A stretch of 64,000 nucleotides of DNA from Anaeromyxobacteraceae bacterium (lineage in GTDB: Bacteria; Myxococcota; Myxococcia; Myxococcales; Anaeromyxobacteraceae). The notes beneath the pieces are model-generated. The model ran no database searches and was not told the origin of the DNA. It saw only the letters and a list, made by a program, of their open reading frames with translations. This document shows, in pieces, positions 35,401-46,196 of this stretch; positions within the stretch are counted from its first letter, which is position 1; each line of letters starts with the position of its first letter. The stretch is taken from NCBI GenBank assembly GCA_047602405.1, contig JASGHJ010000002.1, positions 1,984,001 through 2,048,000 on the forward strand, written 5' to 3'. The translations under genes were made by a program, and so were the position numbers.

Positions 35401-37359
35401 TCAATATGGCGGCGTCGCCTCCTTCACGAGGAGCGCCTGGAAGTCCTCGAGCGCCATCGTCTTCAAATCCTGCCCGCCACGGCGGCGGGGCGCGACGCCC
35501 TTCGCCTCGACCTCCTTCTCGCCCACGATGAGGGCGAACGGGATCTTGGCGAGCTCGGCGTTGCGGATCTTGGCGCCGAGCTTGTCGTTCGACACGTCGA
35601 GCTCGACCCGCCAGCCGGCGGCGCCGAGCCGCTCGTGGGCCTCCTTCGCCCACGCCTCGAACTTCTCCGAGACCGTGAGGATGCGGGCCTGCACCGGCGA
35701 GAGCCAGGACGGGAACGCGCCCGCGTAGTGCTCGGTGAGGATCGCGATGAAGCGCTCGAAGGAGCCGTAGACGGCGCGGTGGATGACCACCGGCCGGTGC
35801 TCCTTGTTGTCGTCGCCGACGTAGGTGAGGTCGAAGCGCTCCGGCGCCGCGTAGTCGAGCTGGATGGTGCAGGTCTGCCACTGGCGGCCGAGCGAGTCGG
35901 TCACCACGAAGTCGATCTTCGGACCGTAGAACGCGCCGTCGCCCGGGTTGAGCTCCCAGGGCAGGCCGATCTTCTCGAGCGCCTGGCGGAGCGCGCCCTC
36001 GGCGCGGTCCCAGAGCGCGTCGTCGCCGATGCGCTCCTCCGGCTTCGGCCGGGTCGAGAACTTGAGCGAGAACTCGAGCCCGAACGCGCCGTAGACCGTC
36101 TTCATCAGGCCGACCATGCGGTCGACCTCGTCGGCGATCTGCGACTCGGCGAGGTAGACGTGCGCGTCGTCCTGCGCGAACTGGCGGACGCGGGTGAGGC
36201 CGCCGAGCGAGCCGGAGAGCTCGTTGCGGTGCAAGACGTCCACCGTGAAGTAGCGGATGGGCAGCTCGCGGTAGCTGCGCTTGCCCATCCGGTAGAGCAG
36301 GTGGTGCGAGGGGCAGTTCATCGGCTTCAGGCTCATGTTGAGCCGCTCCTCGATCGGGAGGTCCGGGTCGGCCTCCTTGTCGAAGACGAGGAACATGTTC
36401 TCGCGGTAGACGCCCCAGTGGCCGGACTGCTCCCAGAGCTTCTTGTTGAAGAGGAGCGGCGTCTTCACCTCGTCGTAGCCGTTCTTCTTCACGAGGCGGC
36501 GCATCGCGTCGACGAGGGTGTTGTAGAGCGTGGTCCCGTTCTTCAGCCAGAAGGCCGAGCCGGGCGCGACCTCGTGGAACGCGAAGAGCCCGAGCGCGGG
36601 GCCGAGCTTGCGGTGGTCGCGCTTCCTCACCTCCTCGAGCTTCGTGAGGTGCGCGTCGAGCGCCTTCTTGTCGAAGAAGGCGGTGCCGTAGATGCGCTGG
36701 AGCATCGCGTTCTTCGCGTCGCCGCGCCAGTAGGCGCCGGCGACGTTGAGGAGCTTCACGACGCCAATCCTGCCGGTCGACGGCCCGTGGGGCCCGAGGC
36801 AGAAGTCGGTCCAGCCGCCGTGCCTGTAGAGCGTGAGGGTCTTCGCGCCCTTCGCGGCGATGTCCTTCACGATCTCGACCTTGTACTTCTCGCCCATCCC
36901 CTCGAAGAGCTTGATCGCCTCGTCCATCGCGATCTCCTCGCGGACGAACGGGTGATCGGCGGCGATCTCCTCGGCGATGCCCTTCTCGATCTTCTCGAGG
37001 TCCTCGGGAGTGAAGGGCGTCGGCCGGGCGAAGTCGTAGTAGAAGCCGTCCTCGATCGAGGGGCCGATGGTGACCTGCGTGCCCGGGTAGAGCCGCTGCA
37101 CCACGCTCGCGAGCACGTGCGCCGCGTCGTGGCGCGCGACCTCGAGCGCCTCCGGGTTCTTCGTCGTGACGACCTCGAGCTTCGCGTCGCGGTCGAGCGG
37201 GCGGGCGAGGTCGACCGCCTGCCCGTCGAGCTTCGCGACGTACGCCGCCTTGGCGAGGCCGGCGCCGATGGCGGTCTTGACGAACTCGTGGATGGTCTGG
37301 CCCCGGGGCGCGCTCTTCTGGGAGCCGTCGGGGAGCGTGATCTGGACCTGATCGGACAT
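35401..37359 (-). CDS. thrS: Threonyl-tRNA synthetase
   Basis: TGS domain, [30 protein letters not shown]. Confidence 0.97.
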   Translation of the reverse strand: MSDQVQITLPDGSQKSAPRGQTIHEFVKTAIGAGLAKAAYVAKLDGQAVDLARPLDRDAKLEVVTTKNPEALEVARHDAAHVLASVVQRLYPGTQVTIGPSIEDGFYYDFARPTPFTPEDLEKIEKGIAEEIAADHPFVREEIAMDEAIKLFEGMGEKYKVEIVKDIAAKGAKTLTLYRHGGWTDFCLGPHGPSTGRIGVVKLLNVAGAYWRGDAKNAMLQRIYGTAFFDKKALDAHLTKLEEVRKRDHRKLGPALGLFAFHEVAPGSAFWLKNGTTLYNTLVDAMRRLVKKNGYDEVKTPLLFNKKLWEQSGHWGVYRENMFLVFDKEADPDLPIEERLNMSLKPMNCPSHHLLYRMGKRSYRELPIRYFTVDVLHRNELSGSLGGLTRVRQFAQDDAHVYLAESQIADEVDRMVGLMKTVYGAFGLEFSLKFSTRPKPEERIGDDALWDRAEGALRQALEKIGLPWELNPGDGAFYGPKIDFVVTDSLGRQWQTCTIQLDYAAPERFDLTYVGDDNKEHRPVVIHRAVYGSFERFIAILTEHYAGAFPSWLSPVQARILTVSEKFEAWAKEAHERLGAAGWRVELDVSNDKLGAKIRNAELAKIPFALIVGEKEVEAKGVAPRRRGGQDLKTMALEDFQALLVKEATPPY

Positions 37360-37570
37360 GGTCGTCTTTCTAACCCGGCTCCGGGCGGTAGGTCGACCGG
37401 GTACGTCCTCGCATGGCCGTCGAACCTCGCGATTCGACTGGAGGGGGGTGCGGGATTTGCGCCCCCGGAAACGCTCACTCTCTGCGTCACGCCGACGCAG
37501 CTTCGGGCCGTGACCCGCGCTGACCTGCGGTGGTAGAAGGACGCCGCGTCGCACACCTGGGAGGCACGAG

Positions 37571-39010
37571 ATGGCCACGGAGTCCCGCTCGCTGGAGCGC
37601 CCGAAGCCCGAGGTGAAGCCGGATTACTGCAAGGGGTGCGGGCGATGCGTCGGAGCCTGCCCGCACCACGCGATCGCGATGGGCGACGCGATCAACCCGC
37701 TGACCGGCCTCGTGCCCGTCTCGCTCGACCCGGCCTGCTGCAACGGCTGCGGGCTCTGCGTCGAGGCCTGCCCCGAGCCCTACGGCCTCTCGCTCGACGG
37801 CGCCTCCCCGCTCGACGGGGCGGTGCCCGCGGTGCCGCGCCACGAGACGGCCGCGCCCGCCGACGTGCCGCCCGAGCAGGTCGCGATGCCGCAGACGCAG
37901 CCCCTCGTCGTGAAGGGCAACCACGCCTCGGCCATCGGCGCGGTGCTCGCCGGCTGCCGGCACTTCTTCGGCTACCCCATCACCCCCTCGACCGAGGGCG
38001 CCGAGCTCATGGCGAAGATCCTGCCCGAGCTCGGGGGCCAGTTCGTCCAGGCGGTGAGCGAGGTCGCGGCCATCAACATGATGTACGGCGCCGGCGGGGC
38101 CGGGAAGCCGTGCATGACCTTCACCTCGAGCCCGGGCTTCAGCCTCATGCTCGAAGGCATCTCGTACATGATCGGCGCCGAGGTCCCGGGCGTGATCGTG
38201 AACGTGATGCGCGGCGGCCCGGGCCTCGGCAACATCGCCCCCGAGCAGGCCGACATCAAGCTCTGCTGCCGCGGCCTCGGCCACGGCAACACCCACGCCA
38301 TCACGCTCGCGCCGGCGACGCCGCAGGAGATGCTCGACTTCACCCGCCTCGCCTTCGAGCTCGCCTTCCACTGGCGCAACCCGGTCATCCTCCTCGCCGA
38401 CGGCTACCTCGGCCAGATGACCGGCAAGGTGAACCTGCCGCAGGACCTCACCCGCCCCGGCCTGCCGGGCTGGTCGGTCCCGGGCGACGCCGCCCACCGC
38501 CGGAACGTCATCACCTCCATCGAGCTCGCCGAGACCGACCTCGAGGAGCGCAACCGCCACCTCGACGCGAAGTACGCCGCGCATCACGCACGCCGAGCAG
38601 CGCGCCGACCTCTACCGCTGCGAGGACGCCGACGTCCTCCTCGTCGCGGCCAACACGCCGGCCCGCATGGCGAAGGGCGCGGTGCGGGTGCTGCGAGACA
38701 AGGGCGTGCAGGCCGGGCCTGTTCCGGCCCCAGACGCTCTGGCCGTTCCCGGTGAAGCACCTGCTCCCGCTCCTGCCGCGGGTGAAGAAGCTCGTCATCG
38801 ATCGAGGCCTCCGCCGGGCAGCTCGAGGACGAGCTCCGCCTCGCCCTCTCCCACGCCGACGTCGCGCCCGCCTTCACCTGGGGCCGGGTGCGCCGCCAGG
38901 GCGGCGTCCTCCCGTCCCAGGCCGAGATCGTCGAGGCGGTGCTCGGCATCACGCGAAAGCCCGGCCTGTCGAAGCCGGTGCCGTCGGAGCAGAAGGGAGC
39001 GCGGCCGTGA
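37571..39010 (+). CDS. Ferredoxin-fused 2-oxoacid (ketoisovalerate-type) oxidoreductase alpha subunit; three +1 frameshifts (~38582, ~38715, ~38800)
   Basis: CKGCGRC...CP and CNGCGLC...CP, YPITPS, SSPGFSL, RGGPGLG; coding continues across frames. Confidence 0.82.
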
Positions 39011-40426
39011 CCGTCTTCTACGAGAAGTTCGAGCGGCACGACCACGCCCGCGGCCTGAAGGCCCGCTCCACGCACTACTGCCCGGGCTGCGGCCACGGCC
39101 TCGCCCACAAGTACCTCGCGGAGGCCATCGAGGAGCTCGGCATCCAGGACCGCACGGTCGCCGTCTCGCCGGTCGGCTGCAGCGTGTTCCTGTACTTCTA
39201 CATGGACGTCGGGAACACGCAGGCCGCCCACGGCCGCGCCCCGGCCGTCGCGCTCGGCCACAAGCTCTCGAACCCCGAGGCGATCGTGGTGAGCTACCAG
39301 GGCGACGGCGACCTCGCCTCGATCGGCCTCGCCGAGATCATGCAGGCCGCCCAGCTCGGCATCCCGCTCTCGATCGTCTTCGTGAACAACGCGATCTACG
39401 GGATGACCGGCGGCCAGATCGCGCCCACGACGCTCATGGGCCAGAAGACCGCCACGAGCCCCAAGGGCCGCAGCCGGCACGAGGGCTCGCCGATGCGGAT
39501 CTCCGAGATCATCGCCGGCCTCGACGCCCCGGTGTACGTCGAGCGGGTCGCGCTCTTCGACAACAAGCAGCGGGTCCGCGCCAAGAAGGCCATCACGAAG
39601 GCGCTCCGGCTCCAGAAGGAGGGCGTCGGCTTCTCCTTCGTCGAGGTGCTCGCGGAGTGCCCGACCCACCTCGGCCTCACCCCGCCGGAGACCGAGGCCT
39701 GGGTGAAGGAGCACATGCTCCCGGTCTTCCCGCTCGGCGTGAAGAAGGACGTGACGCCCGAGCCGTGGCCCGCCTGGCCGGTCCCGACGTTCGACCCCGC
39801 CGAGGTGCTCTCCATCGTCGGCGGCGTCTCCGAGGCGCCGCAGCGGTACTGCCGCGGGTTCCCGGTCACCTCCTTCGGCTCCGACATCGGCCTGAAGCTC
39901 GCCGGCTCCGGCGGGGACGGCGCGCAGACCGCCGCCATGCTGCTCGCCCACGCCGCGATCCGCGAGGGGTTCGACGCGACGCACATCCCGAGCTACGGCC
40001 CGGAGTCGCGCGGCGGGACCTCCTACGCGGACGTGCGCATCGCCGCCGACGAGGTGCTCTCCCCCGCGGCGCCGCACCCGCACGTGCTCGTCGCCTTCAA
40101 CGGCCCGAGCCTCGCGAAGTTCGGCCCGGACGTGGCCGAGGGCGGCGTGGTGGTCTACGACACGACCGTCACCGCCGAGGCGCCGAAGCTCCACCCCTCC
40201 GTGCGCCTCGTGGGAGTGCCGCTCACGCAGATCGCCCGCGGAGATCGGGAAGCTCACCGTGAAGAACGTGGTGGCCCTCGGGGCGCTGCAGGGCGCCGCC
40301 CGGCTCTTCCCCGACGACACCATCCTCTCCGCCGTGCGCGGCGCGCTCGGGCCGAAGAAGGCCGCGCTCCTGCCCATGAACGAGGAGGCGTACCGGCGCG
40401 GGGTGGCGGCGGCGCAGCAGCGCTGA
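39007..40426 (+). CDS. Fused beta-gamma 2-oxoacid oxidoreductase subunit; +1 frameshift at ~40241
   Basis: YCPGCGHG, QGDGD, YGMTGGQ, then AGSGGDG, SYGPESRGGTS. Confidence 0.85.
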
Positions 40427-40524
40427 CCCGCCGCCCCCGGGGCGCTCCTCCGCCCCGGGCCCGGCGAAGTCCCTGAGCTCTCGCCCGCGCTGCGCCATGC
40501 AGCGCACGGGCAGGTGCGCGCCGC

Positions 40525-40577
40525 TTGACGGCGCGGGCGGGCGGATCTATACGACTCAAGTAACCAGCTAGTTACTT
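40525..40577 (+). promoter_or_regulatory. Promoter and palindromic TetR-type operator
   Basis: TTGACG-N17-TATACG followed by AAGTAAC-CAGCTA-GTTACTT (40558-40577). Confidence 0.7.
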
Positions 40578-40599
40578 CTCCGGTTACGAGGACGGTGAC

Positions 40600-41251
40600 A
40601 TGGCGAAGCGCCCGCGCCCCCGCACGAAGCCCCGCCCCCGCGACGCCGAGGCGACCCAGGCGCGGCTCCTCGCGACCGCCGGCGACGCGTTCTCCGCCCA
40701 CGGCTACGACGGCGCCCGGGTCGACGGAGATCGCCGACCGCGCCGGCGTGAACAAGCGGATGATCTACGCCTACTTCGGCGACAAGGACGGCCTGTACCT
40801 CGCGGTGCTCGACACGCACCTCGCCCAGGCCTCCGCCCTCGCCCGGGTGACCGGCCTCGATCCGGGCCTCTCCGCGCGCGCCGAGGTCGAGACCTTCGTC
40901 CGCCGCTTCTTCGAGTTCATGGACGCGCACCCCGACTTCGCGCGCCTGCTCTCCTGGGAGGCGCTCTCCAAGGAGCGCCGGGGCCGCAAGATCCTGGTGG
41001 CCCGCGTGCACACCCTCACCGAGCCGCTCGTGGCCGTGCTCCGGCGCGGCATCGAGCGCGGCGAGCTCCGGCGCGAGCTCGACCCGGACATGTTCCTCGC
41101 CAGCGTGACGGCCCTCCTCGTCGGCTTCGAGAACCACCGGTCCTTCCTCGAGACGCTGTGGGGCGCCGACCTCGCCGAGCCCGCCGCGCGCGCCCGCGTC
41201 CTCGACTTCATCGTCCACCTCCTGCTCGACGGCATCGGAGCCCGCTCATGA
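40600..41251 (+). CDS. TetR/AcrR regulator; +1 frameshift at ~40727
   Basis: FSAHGYDGARVD / EIADRAGVNKRMIYAYFGDK HTH split across frames. Confidence 0.87.
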
Positions 41252-42213
41252 CCCCCCGCACGTCCACCGCCCTCGCCCTCCTCCTCGTGCTGACCTCCGC
41301 CGCCGGCTGCGGCGGCCAGAAGGGCGAGACCCTCACCGGCCTCGTCGACGCCACCGAGATCGACGTCGCCTCCAAGATCCCCGGCCGCGTCGCCGAGGTG
41401 ACCGTCCGCGAGGGCGACCGCGTCGAGGCGGGCCAGCCGGTCGCCCGCATCGACAGCCAGGAGGTCGGCGCGAAGATCGAGCAGGTCAAGGCCGCCGTCG
41501 CCGCGGCGAGCGCGCGGCTCGACCAGGCCCGCCACGGCGCCCGCGCCGAGGAGCGCCTGCAGGCCGAGCGCGCGCTCCAGACCGCGCGGAAGGCCGCCGA
41601 GGTCGCCGACAAGGCCCACGCCCGCGCCGAGGCCCTCCTCGCCTCCGCCACGATCACCCAGGCCGCCTTCGACGAGGCCGACCTGCGCTGGAAGGCGGCG
41701 CAGGACACGCTCGCCGCGGCCCAGGCCCGGTACGACCTCGTCGTGAAGGGCGCCCGCGCGGAGGAGCTCGCCGCGCTCGAGGCGCTCGTGAAGCAGGGTG
41801 AGGGCAGCCTCGCCGAGGTGCAGTCCTACGGCGCCGAGCGCGTGCAGGTCGCGCCCATCTCCGGCGAGGTCTCGAAGGTGCTCGTGCACAAGGGCGAGCT
41901 CGCCGCGACCGGCTACCCGATCCTCACGCTCGTCGACCGCGCCGACGCATGGGCGGCCTTCCCGGTCCGCGAGGACCTCCTGCCCGGCGTGAAGGTCGGG
42001 ACCACCCTCGAGGTCGAGGTGCCCGCGCTCCGCAAGAAGGTCCCCATGACCGTCTACTCCATCTCACCGCTCGGCGACTTCGCGACCTGGCGGGCCACCG
42101 GCGAGAAGGGCCGCTTCGACCTGCGCACCTTCGAGGTGAAGGCCCGCCCGGCGACGCCCGAGCCCGACCTGCGCCCCGGCATGACGGCCCGCCTCACGCT
42201 CGCCGCGAGCTAG
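41248..42213 (+). CDS. HlyD-family periplasmic adaptor (lipoprotein)
   Basis: AAGC, VASKIPGRV..VREGD, APISG, FATWRAT, LRPGM. Confidence 0.9.
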   Translation: MTPRTSTALALLLVLTSAAGCGGQKGETLTGLVDATEIDVASKIPGRVAEVTVREGDRVEAGQPVARIDSQEVGAKIEQVKAAVAAASARLDQARHGARAEERLQAERALQTARKAAEVADKAHARAEALLASATITQAAFDEADLRWKAAQDTLAAAQARYDLVVKGARAEELAALEALVKQGEGSLAEVQSYGAERVQVAPISGEVSKVLVHKGELAATGYPILTLVDRADAWAAFPVREDLLPGVKVGTTLEVEVPALRKKVPMTVYSISPLGDFATWRATGEKGRFDLRTFEVKARPATPEPDLRPGMTARLTLAAS

Positions 42214-42217
42214 GGCC

Positions 42218-43351
42218 ATGACGCCGCTCCTCGCCGGCCTGAGGGAACAGCTCGTCGCGTTCGCGCGCGGGCGCACCCACCGGCTCGTGCTCGCGCTCTT
42301 CGTCGTGTTCACGCTCCTCACCGCCGGGGCCTTCCGCGCGGGGGCGCTCCGGGACCTGCCGGTCGCGGTCGTCGACCTCGACGGCACCGGGCCGTCCCGG
42401 ACGGTGGCGCGCTGGCTCGACGCGACGCCCGACCTCCGGGTGGTGCACGACGGGCCCGCCTCGCTCGAGGAGGCCCGGGCGATGCTCGCGAGCGGCGAGC
42501 TGACCGCCGTCGTGGTGCTGCCCGACGGGCTCTCCGCGGCCCTGAAGCGCGGGCGCCCGGCCGAGGTGGTCGTCGCGCTCGACGCCGGCAACCTCCTCAC
42601 CGGCAAGCAGGCGCAGAAGGCGGTGCAGCGGGTCCTCGCGACCGCGGCGGCCGGCGCGCAGCTCTCCCTCCTCGAGAAGCTCGGCACGCCGGCCTCCGTG
42701 GCGCAGGGGCGCGCGCTCCCGATCACCGTCACCGAGTCGCTCTCCCGCAACCCGGGCTCGAGCTTCGCGACGTACCTCGGACCGGTGTACGCCTGGTTCT
42801 TCGTCCACCTGCTGCTCGTGCTGCTCGGCTGGGCGACGCTCTGGCCGGCCCGGGCGGCGAGCGCCGCCGAGCGCGCCGGCCGGCTCGCCGCGGCGGGGCT
42901 CGTCGCCGTCGTGGGCGGGCTCTTCACCGCCTACGTCGCGCTCCCGCTCGGCGGGCTCCCGATGCCGACGCCGCTGCCGGTCCTCCTCACCGCGCTCGGC
43001 GCGCTCGCGGTCGCCGAGCTCCTGTTCGTCCGCGCCGTCGCGGCGGTGACCTCGGGCTCGCTCTTCGGGTTCCAGTCGACGGTGCTCGTCGCGATGCTCT
43101 CGCTCATGGTCTCGGGCCTCACCTGGCCCGCCGACGCCTCGCCCGCGCCGCTGCGCACGCTCGCCGCCGCCCTGCCCTTCACCCCGTTCGCGGCCGCGGT
43201 CCGCGTCTTCCAGCACGAGGCGGCCGGGCTCGCCGACCTCGCCCGGCCCCTCGGCGCGCTCGCGCTGCAGGCGCTCGCCTTCGCCGCCGTCGTGGCCGCC
43301 GCGGCGGCCGTGCCCGTCCTGCGCGGCCGCCTCGCCCGGAGGCCCGCGTGA
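42218..43351 (+). CDS. ABC-2 type permease
   Basis: DLPVAVVDLD, multiple TM helices, SGLTWP. Confidence 0.82.
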   Translation: MTPLLAGLREQLVAFARGRTHRLVLALFVVFTLLTAGAFRAGALRDLPVAVVDLDGTGPSRTVARWLDATPDLRVVHDGPASLEEARAMLASGELTAVVVLPDGLSAALKRGRPAEVVVALDAGNLLTGKQAQKAVQRVLATAAAGAQLSLLEKLGTPASVAQGRALPITVTESLSRNPGSSFATYLGPVYAWFFVHLLLVLLGWATLWPARAASAAERAGRLAAAGLVAVVGGLFTAYVALPLGGLPMPTPLPVLLTALGALAVAELLFVRAVAAVTSGSLFGFQSTVLVAMLSLMVSGLTWPADASPAPLRTLAAALPFTPFAAAVRVFQHEAAGLADLARPLGALALQALAFAAVVAAAAAVPVLRGRLARRPA

Positions 43352-44526
43352 CCGCGCTCCTCGAGGGGCTCCGCGCCGAGCGCGCCCTCCTCCGCCGCGA
43401 GCGGAGCCTCCTCCTCGTGCTGCTCGCGATCCCGCTCCTCTACCCGGTGCTGGTCGGCTGGGTGTACTCGCCGGGGCCGGTGCGCGAGCGGCCCGCGCTG
43501 CTCGTGGACCTCGACGGCTCGGCGCTCTCGCGCCGCCTCGCGCTCGACCTCGAGGCCTCGCCCGACCTCGCGATCGTGGGGCGGCCCGCGTCGCTCGAGG
43601 AGGGCGTGCGCGCGCTCCGGCGCGACGAGGCCGAGGTGCTGGTGGTGCTGCCCGCGGATCTCTCCGCGCGGGTGAAGCGCGGCGAGCCGGCCCAGGTGGC
43701 CGCCTGGACCGGCGGTGCGAACCTGTTCACGTGGGGCGCCGCCTACCCGGCGGTCGTCGCCTCGGTCACCGCCGAGAACCGGGCGCTCCTCGCCCGCACG
43801 CTGTCGGCGGTCGGCCTCCCGCCGGAGGCCGCGGCGCGCCGCGCGGCGCCGGTCGCGATCGGGGAGCGGCTGCTCGCGAACCCGGCGATGACCTACGGCC
43901 GCTACGTCGTCCCCGGCGTGCTCCTCGTCGTGCTGCAGCAGGCGATCCTGATCTCGCTCGCGTTCAGCGCCGGGCTCCGCCGGGAGGCGGGGCTGCCGTT
44001 CGGGCCCGGCCCGCGCCCCGGCCGGTGGCTCACGGGGCTCGCGCTCGCGCACGCGCCGTTCTGGCTCGGCGGCATCGCCTTCTCGACGCTCGGCCTGCTG
44101 CCCTTCATGGGCTGGGCGGCGCCGAGCCCGTGGGCGGCCGCCGGCGTGTTCGTGGCCTTCGGCCTCGCGCAGGTGCCGATGGGCCTCCTCGTCGCGCCGC
44201 TCGCGCGGACCCGGATGGAGGCGTTCGCCCTCCTCGCCTTCCTCTCGGCGGCGCTCTTCGCGACCTCCGGCTTCACCTGGCCCGCGGGCGAGCTGCCGCT
44301 CGTCGTCCGCGCGGCCGTCGCCGCGTTCCCCGCCACGCCCGCGCTGCGCGCGCTCCGGATCGTCCAGGCCGGCGGCGCGCTCCGCGACGTGGCCCTGCAC
44401 CTCGCCTGGCTCGCCGGCCTCGCCGGGGCCTGGAGCGCCGCGCTCGTGGCCGCCCTCCGGGTCCGCGGTGCCGCCGGCGGGCCTTCGCCCGTGGTCAATC
44501 CCCTCCCCGCTCCGAGCACACCATGA
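43348..44526 (+). CDS. ABC-2 type permease
   Basis: VDLDGSALSR, NPAMTY..VPGV, SGFTWP. Confidence 0.82.
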   Translation: MTALLEGLRAERALLRRERSLLLVLLAIPLLYPVLVGWVYSPGPVRERPALLVDLDGSALSRRLALDLEASPDLAIVGRPASLEEGVRALRRDEAEVLVVLPADLSARVKRGEPAQVAAWTGGANLFTWGAAYPAVVASVTAENRALLARTLSAVGLPPEAAARRAAPVAIGERLLANPAMTYGRYVVPGVLLVVLQQAILISLAFSAGLRREAGLPFGPGPRPGRWLTGLALAHAPFWLGGIAFSTLGLLPFMGWAAPSPWAAAGVFVAFGLAQVPMGLLVAPLARTRMEAFALLAFLSAALFATSGFTWPAGELPLVVRAAVAAFPATPALRALRIVQAGGALRDVALHLAWLAGLAGAWSAALVAALRVRGAAGGPSPVVNPLPAPSTP

Positions 44527-45945
44527 CCTCGCTCCTCGCGCCCCAGCTCCTCGTCGCCCTCATCCTGCAGACAGAACCGTCAGCCCCGAGCGTTGCGGCC
44601 GCCCCGGCGGCCGCGGAGACGAGGGGCGTCCTGACCTTCGACGCCGCCCTCGCGGAGGCCTCGCGCCAGAGCCTCGAGCTGCGGGTGGCCGCCGAGCGCC
44701 TCAAGCAGGCGAGGACCCTCTCCCGGAAGGCCTGGAGCTTCCTGTTGCCCCAGGTCTCCGCGGGCGCGTCCTACGCGTGGAACTCGGAGGACGTGATCCT
44801 CGAGCTCCCGACCGCCTTCGCGATCCGGAACGTCGGCGCGAACTACCCGCCGACGCTGCCGCCGGGCGTGACGCTCCCCGGCGCCGCGACGCCGTACGCG
44901 CTCGTGCCGTACGCGAAGGAGGACTTCGAGCTCCAGAAGAAGGAGCAGTGGGGCGTGCAGGCCGAGGTGAAGCAGGCGCTCCTCGCGCCGCAGGCGTGGG
45001 CCGCGGTGCGGACCGCCGGCTTCGCCCGGGAGGTGGCCGAGGCGAAGGTCGCGGCGACCCGCCAGGACCTGCTCCTCGGCGTCGCGCAGCTCTACTACGG
45101 GGCGGCGACGCTGAAGGAGGCCGTGGGCGTGCAGGAGCGCGCCCTCGCGAGCTGGCAGCGCCACGAGGACGACGCCGCGCGGCTCGTCCACGAGGGCGCC
45201 GCCCCGAAGCTCGCGCAGACGAAGGCCCGCACCGACCGGATCCGCGCCGAGCAGGAGCTCCTCCGGACCCGCAACGCGCTCGCCGCCGCGAAGCTCGCGC
45301 TCGCGACCGTGCTCGTGCGTGACCCGGACTTCGACGTCGAGCACCCCGGCGTGCCCGCCGAGGTCGCCGGCGCGCCCGAGGCGCTCGAGCGCGCCGCCCT
45401 CGAGGCCCGCCCCGAGGTCAGGGCCGCCCGGTCCTCCGCTGAGCTCGCCGGCAGCCAGCGCCTCGAGGCGTGGTCGAAGGTGCTGCCCACGGTGGGCGTC
45501 TCCGGCCAGTGGCGCTACGCGAGCATCACCGGCTTCACCGGCGAGCACGAGGGCTGGAGCGTGATGCTCGGCCTGCAGTGGTCGCTCTTCGACGGCGGCC
45601 GGCGCGAGGCGGAGATTCTCGGAGGCCGCCCACCGGAGCGCCGAGGCCGACGCCGCGCTCGCGCTCACGGCGAACAAGACGCGGGACGAGGTCCGGCGCG
45701 CCGCGCTCGACCTCTCGAGCGCGCGGGCCGCGCTCGCGAAGGCGCGGGAGCAGGCGGAGGTGGCCCGCGAGGCGATGGACCAGGCCGAGAAGGCCCACGC
45801 CGCCGGCGCCGCGACCGCGCTCGAGCTCGCGGATGCGACCACGGCGTCCCAGAACGCCGACCTCGGCCTCGTCGCGGCGGGGCTCGACGCCGACCTCGCA
45901 CAGCTCAAGCTCGCGAAGGCGGCGGGAAGGTGGCCGAAGCCGTAG
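44523..45945 (+). CDS. TolC-family outer membrane efflux protein; +1 frameshift at ~45616
   Basis: Helical repeats, RPEVRAA, LQWSLFDGG; C-terminus ALELADA...LAKAAG in next frame. Confidence 0.83.
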
Positions 45946-46070
45946 GGAGCCGGAGTCGTAGGGAGCCGGAGTCGTAGGGAGCCGGAGTCGGAGTCGGGGT
46001 CGGAGCCGGAGTCGGAGCCGGAGTCGGAGCCGGAGCCGGAGCCGGAGTCGGAGCCGGAGTCGGAGCCGGA
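45941..46070. repeat. Compound tandem repeat
   Basis: CGTAGGGAGCCGGAGT x3, then about 13 CGGAGY hexamers. Confidence 0.9.
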
Positions 46071-46074
46071 ATCT

Positions 46075-46124
46075 CCGTTCGTCCCGAGCGTAGGGCCGCG
46101 CAGCGGCCCGGAGACGAGGGACGG
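46075..46124. repeat. REP-like core element, copy 3
   Basis: CCGTTCGTCCCGAGCGTAGGGCCGCGCAGCGGCCCGGAGACGAGGGACGG. Confidence 0.8.
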
Positions 46125-46196
46125 TCCCGGACCTTCACTGAAAGTGGGTCAGCGCGGCCCCACGACTTCCTCCGCGGAAGTGAATGAGATCGAGTT

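Noticed and set aside
45941..46070. Possible CRISPR array
   Set aside because: Contiguous tandem units with no unique spacers and no cas genes
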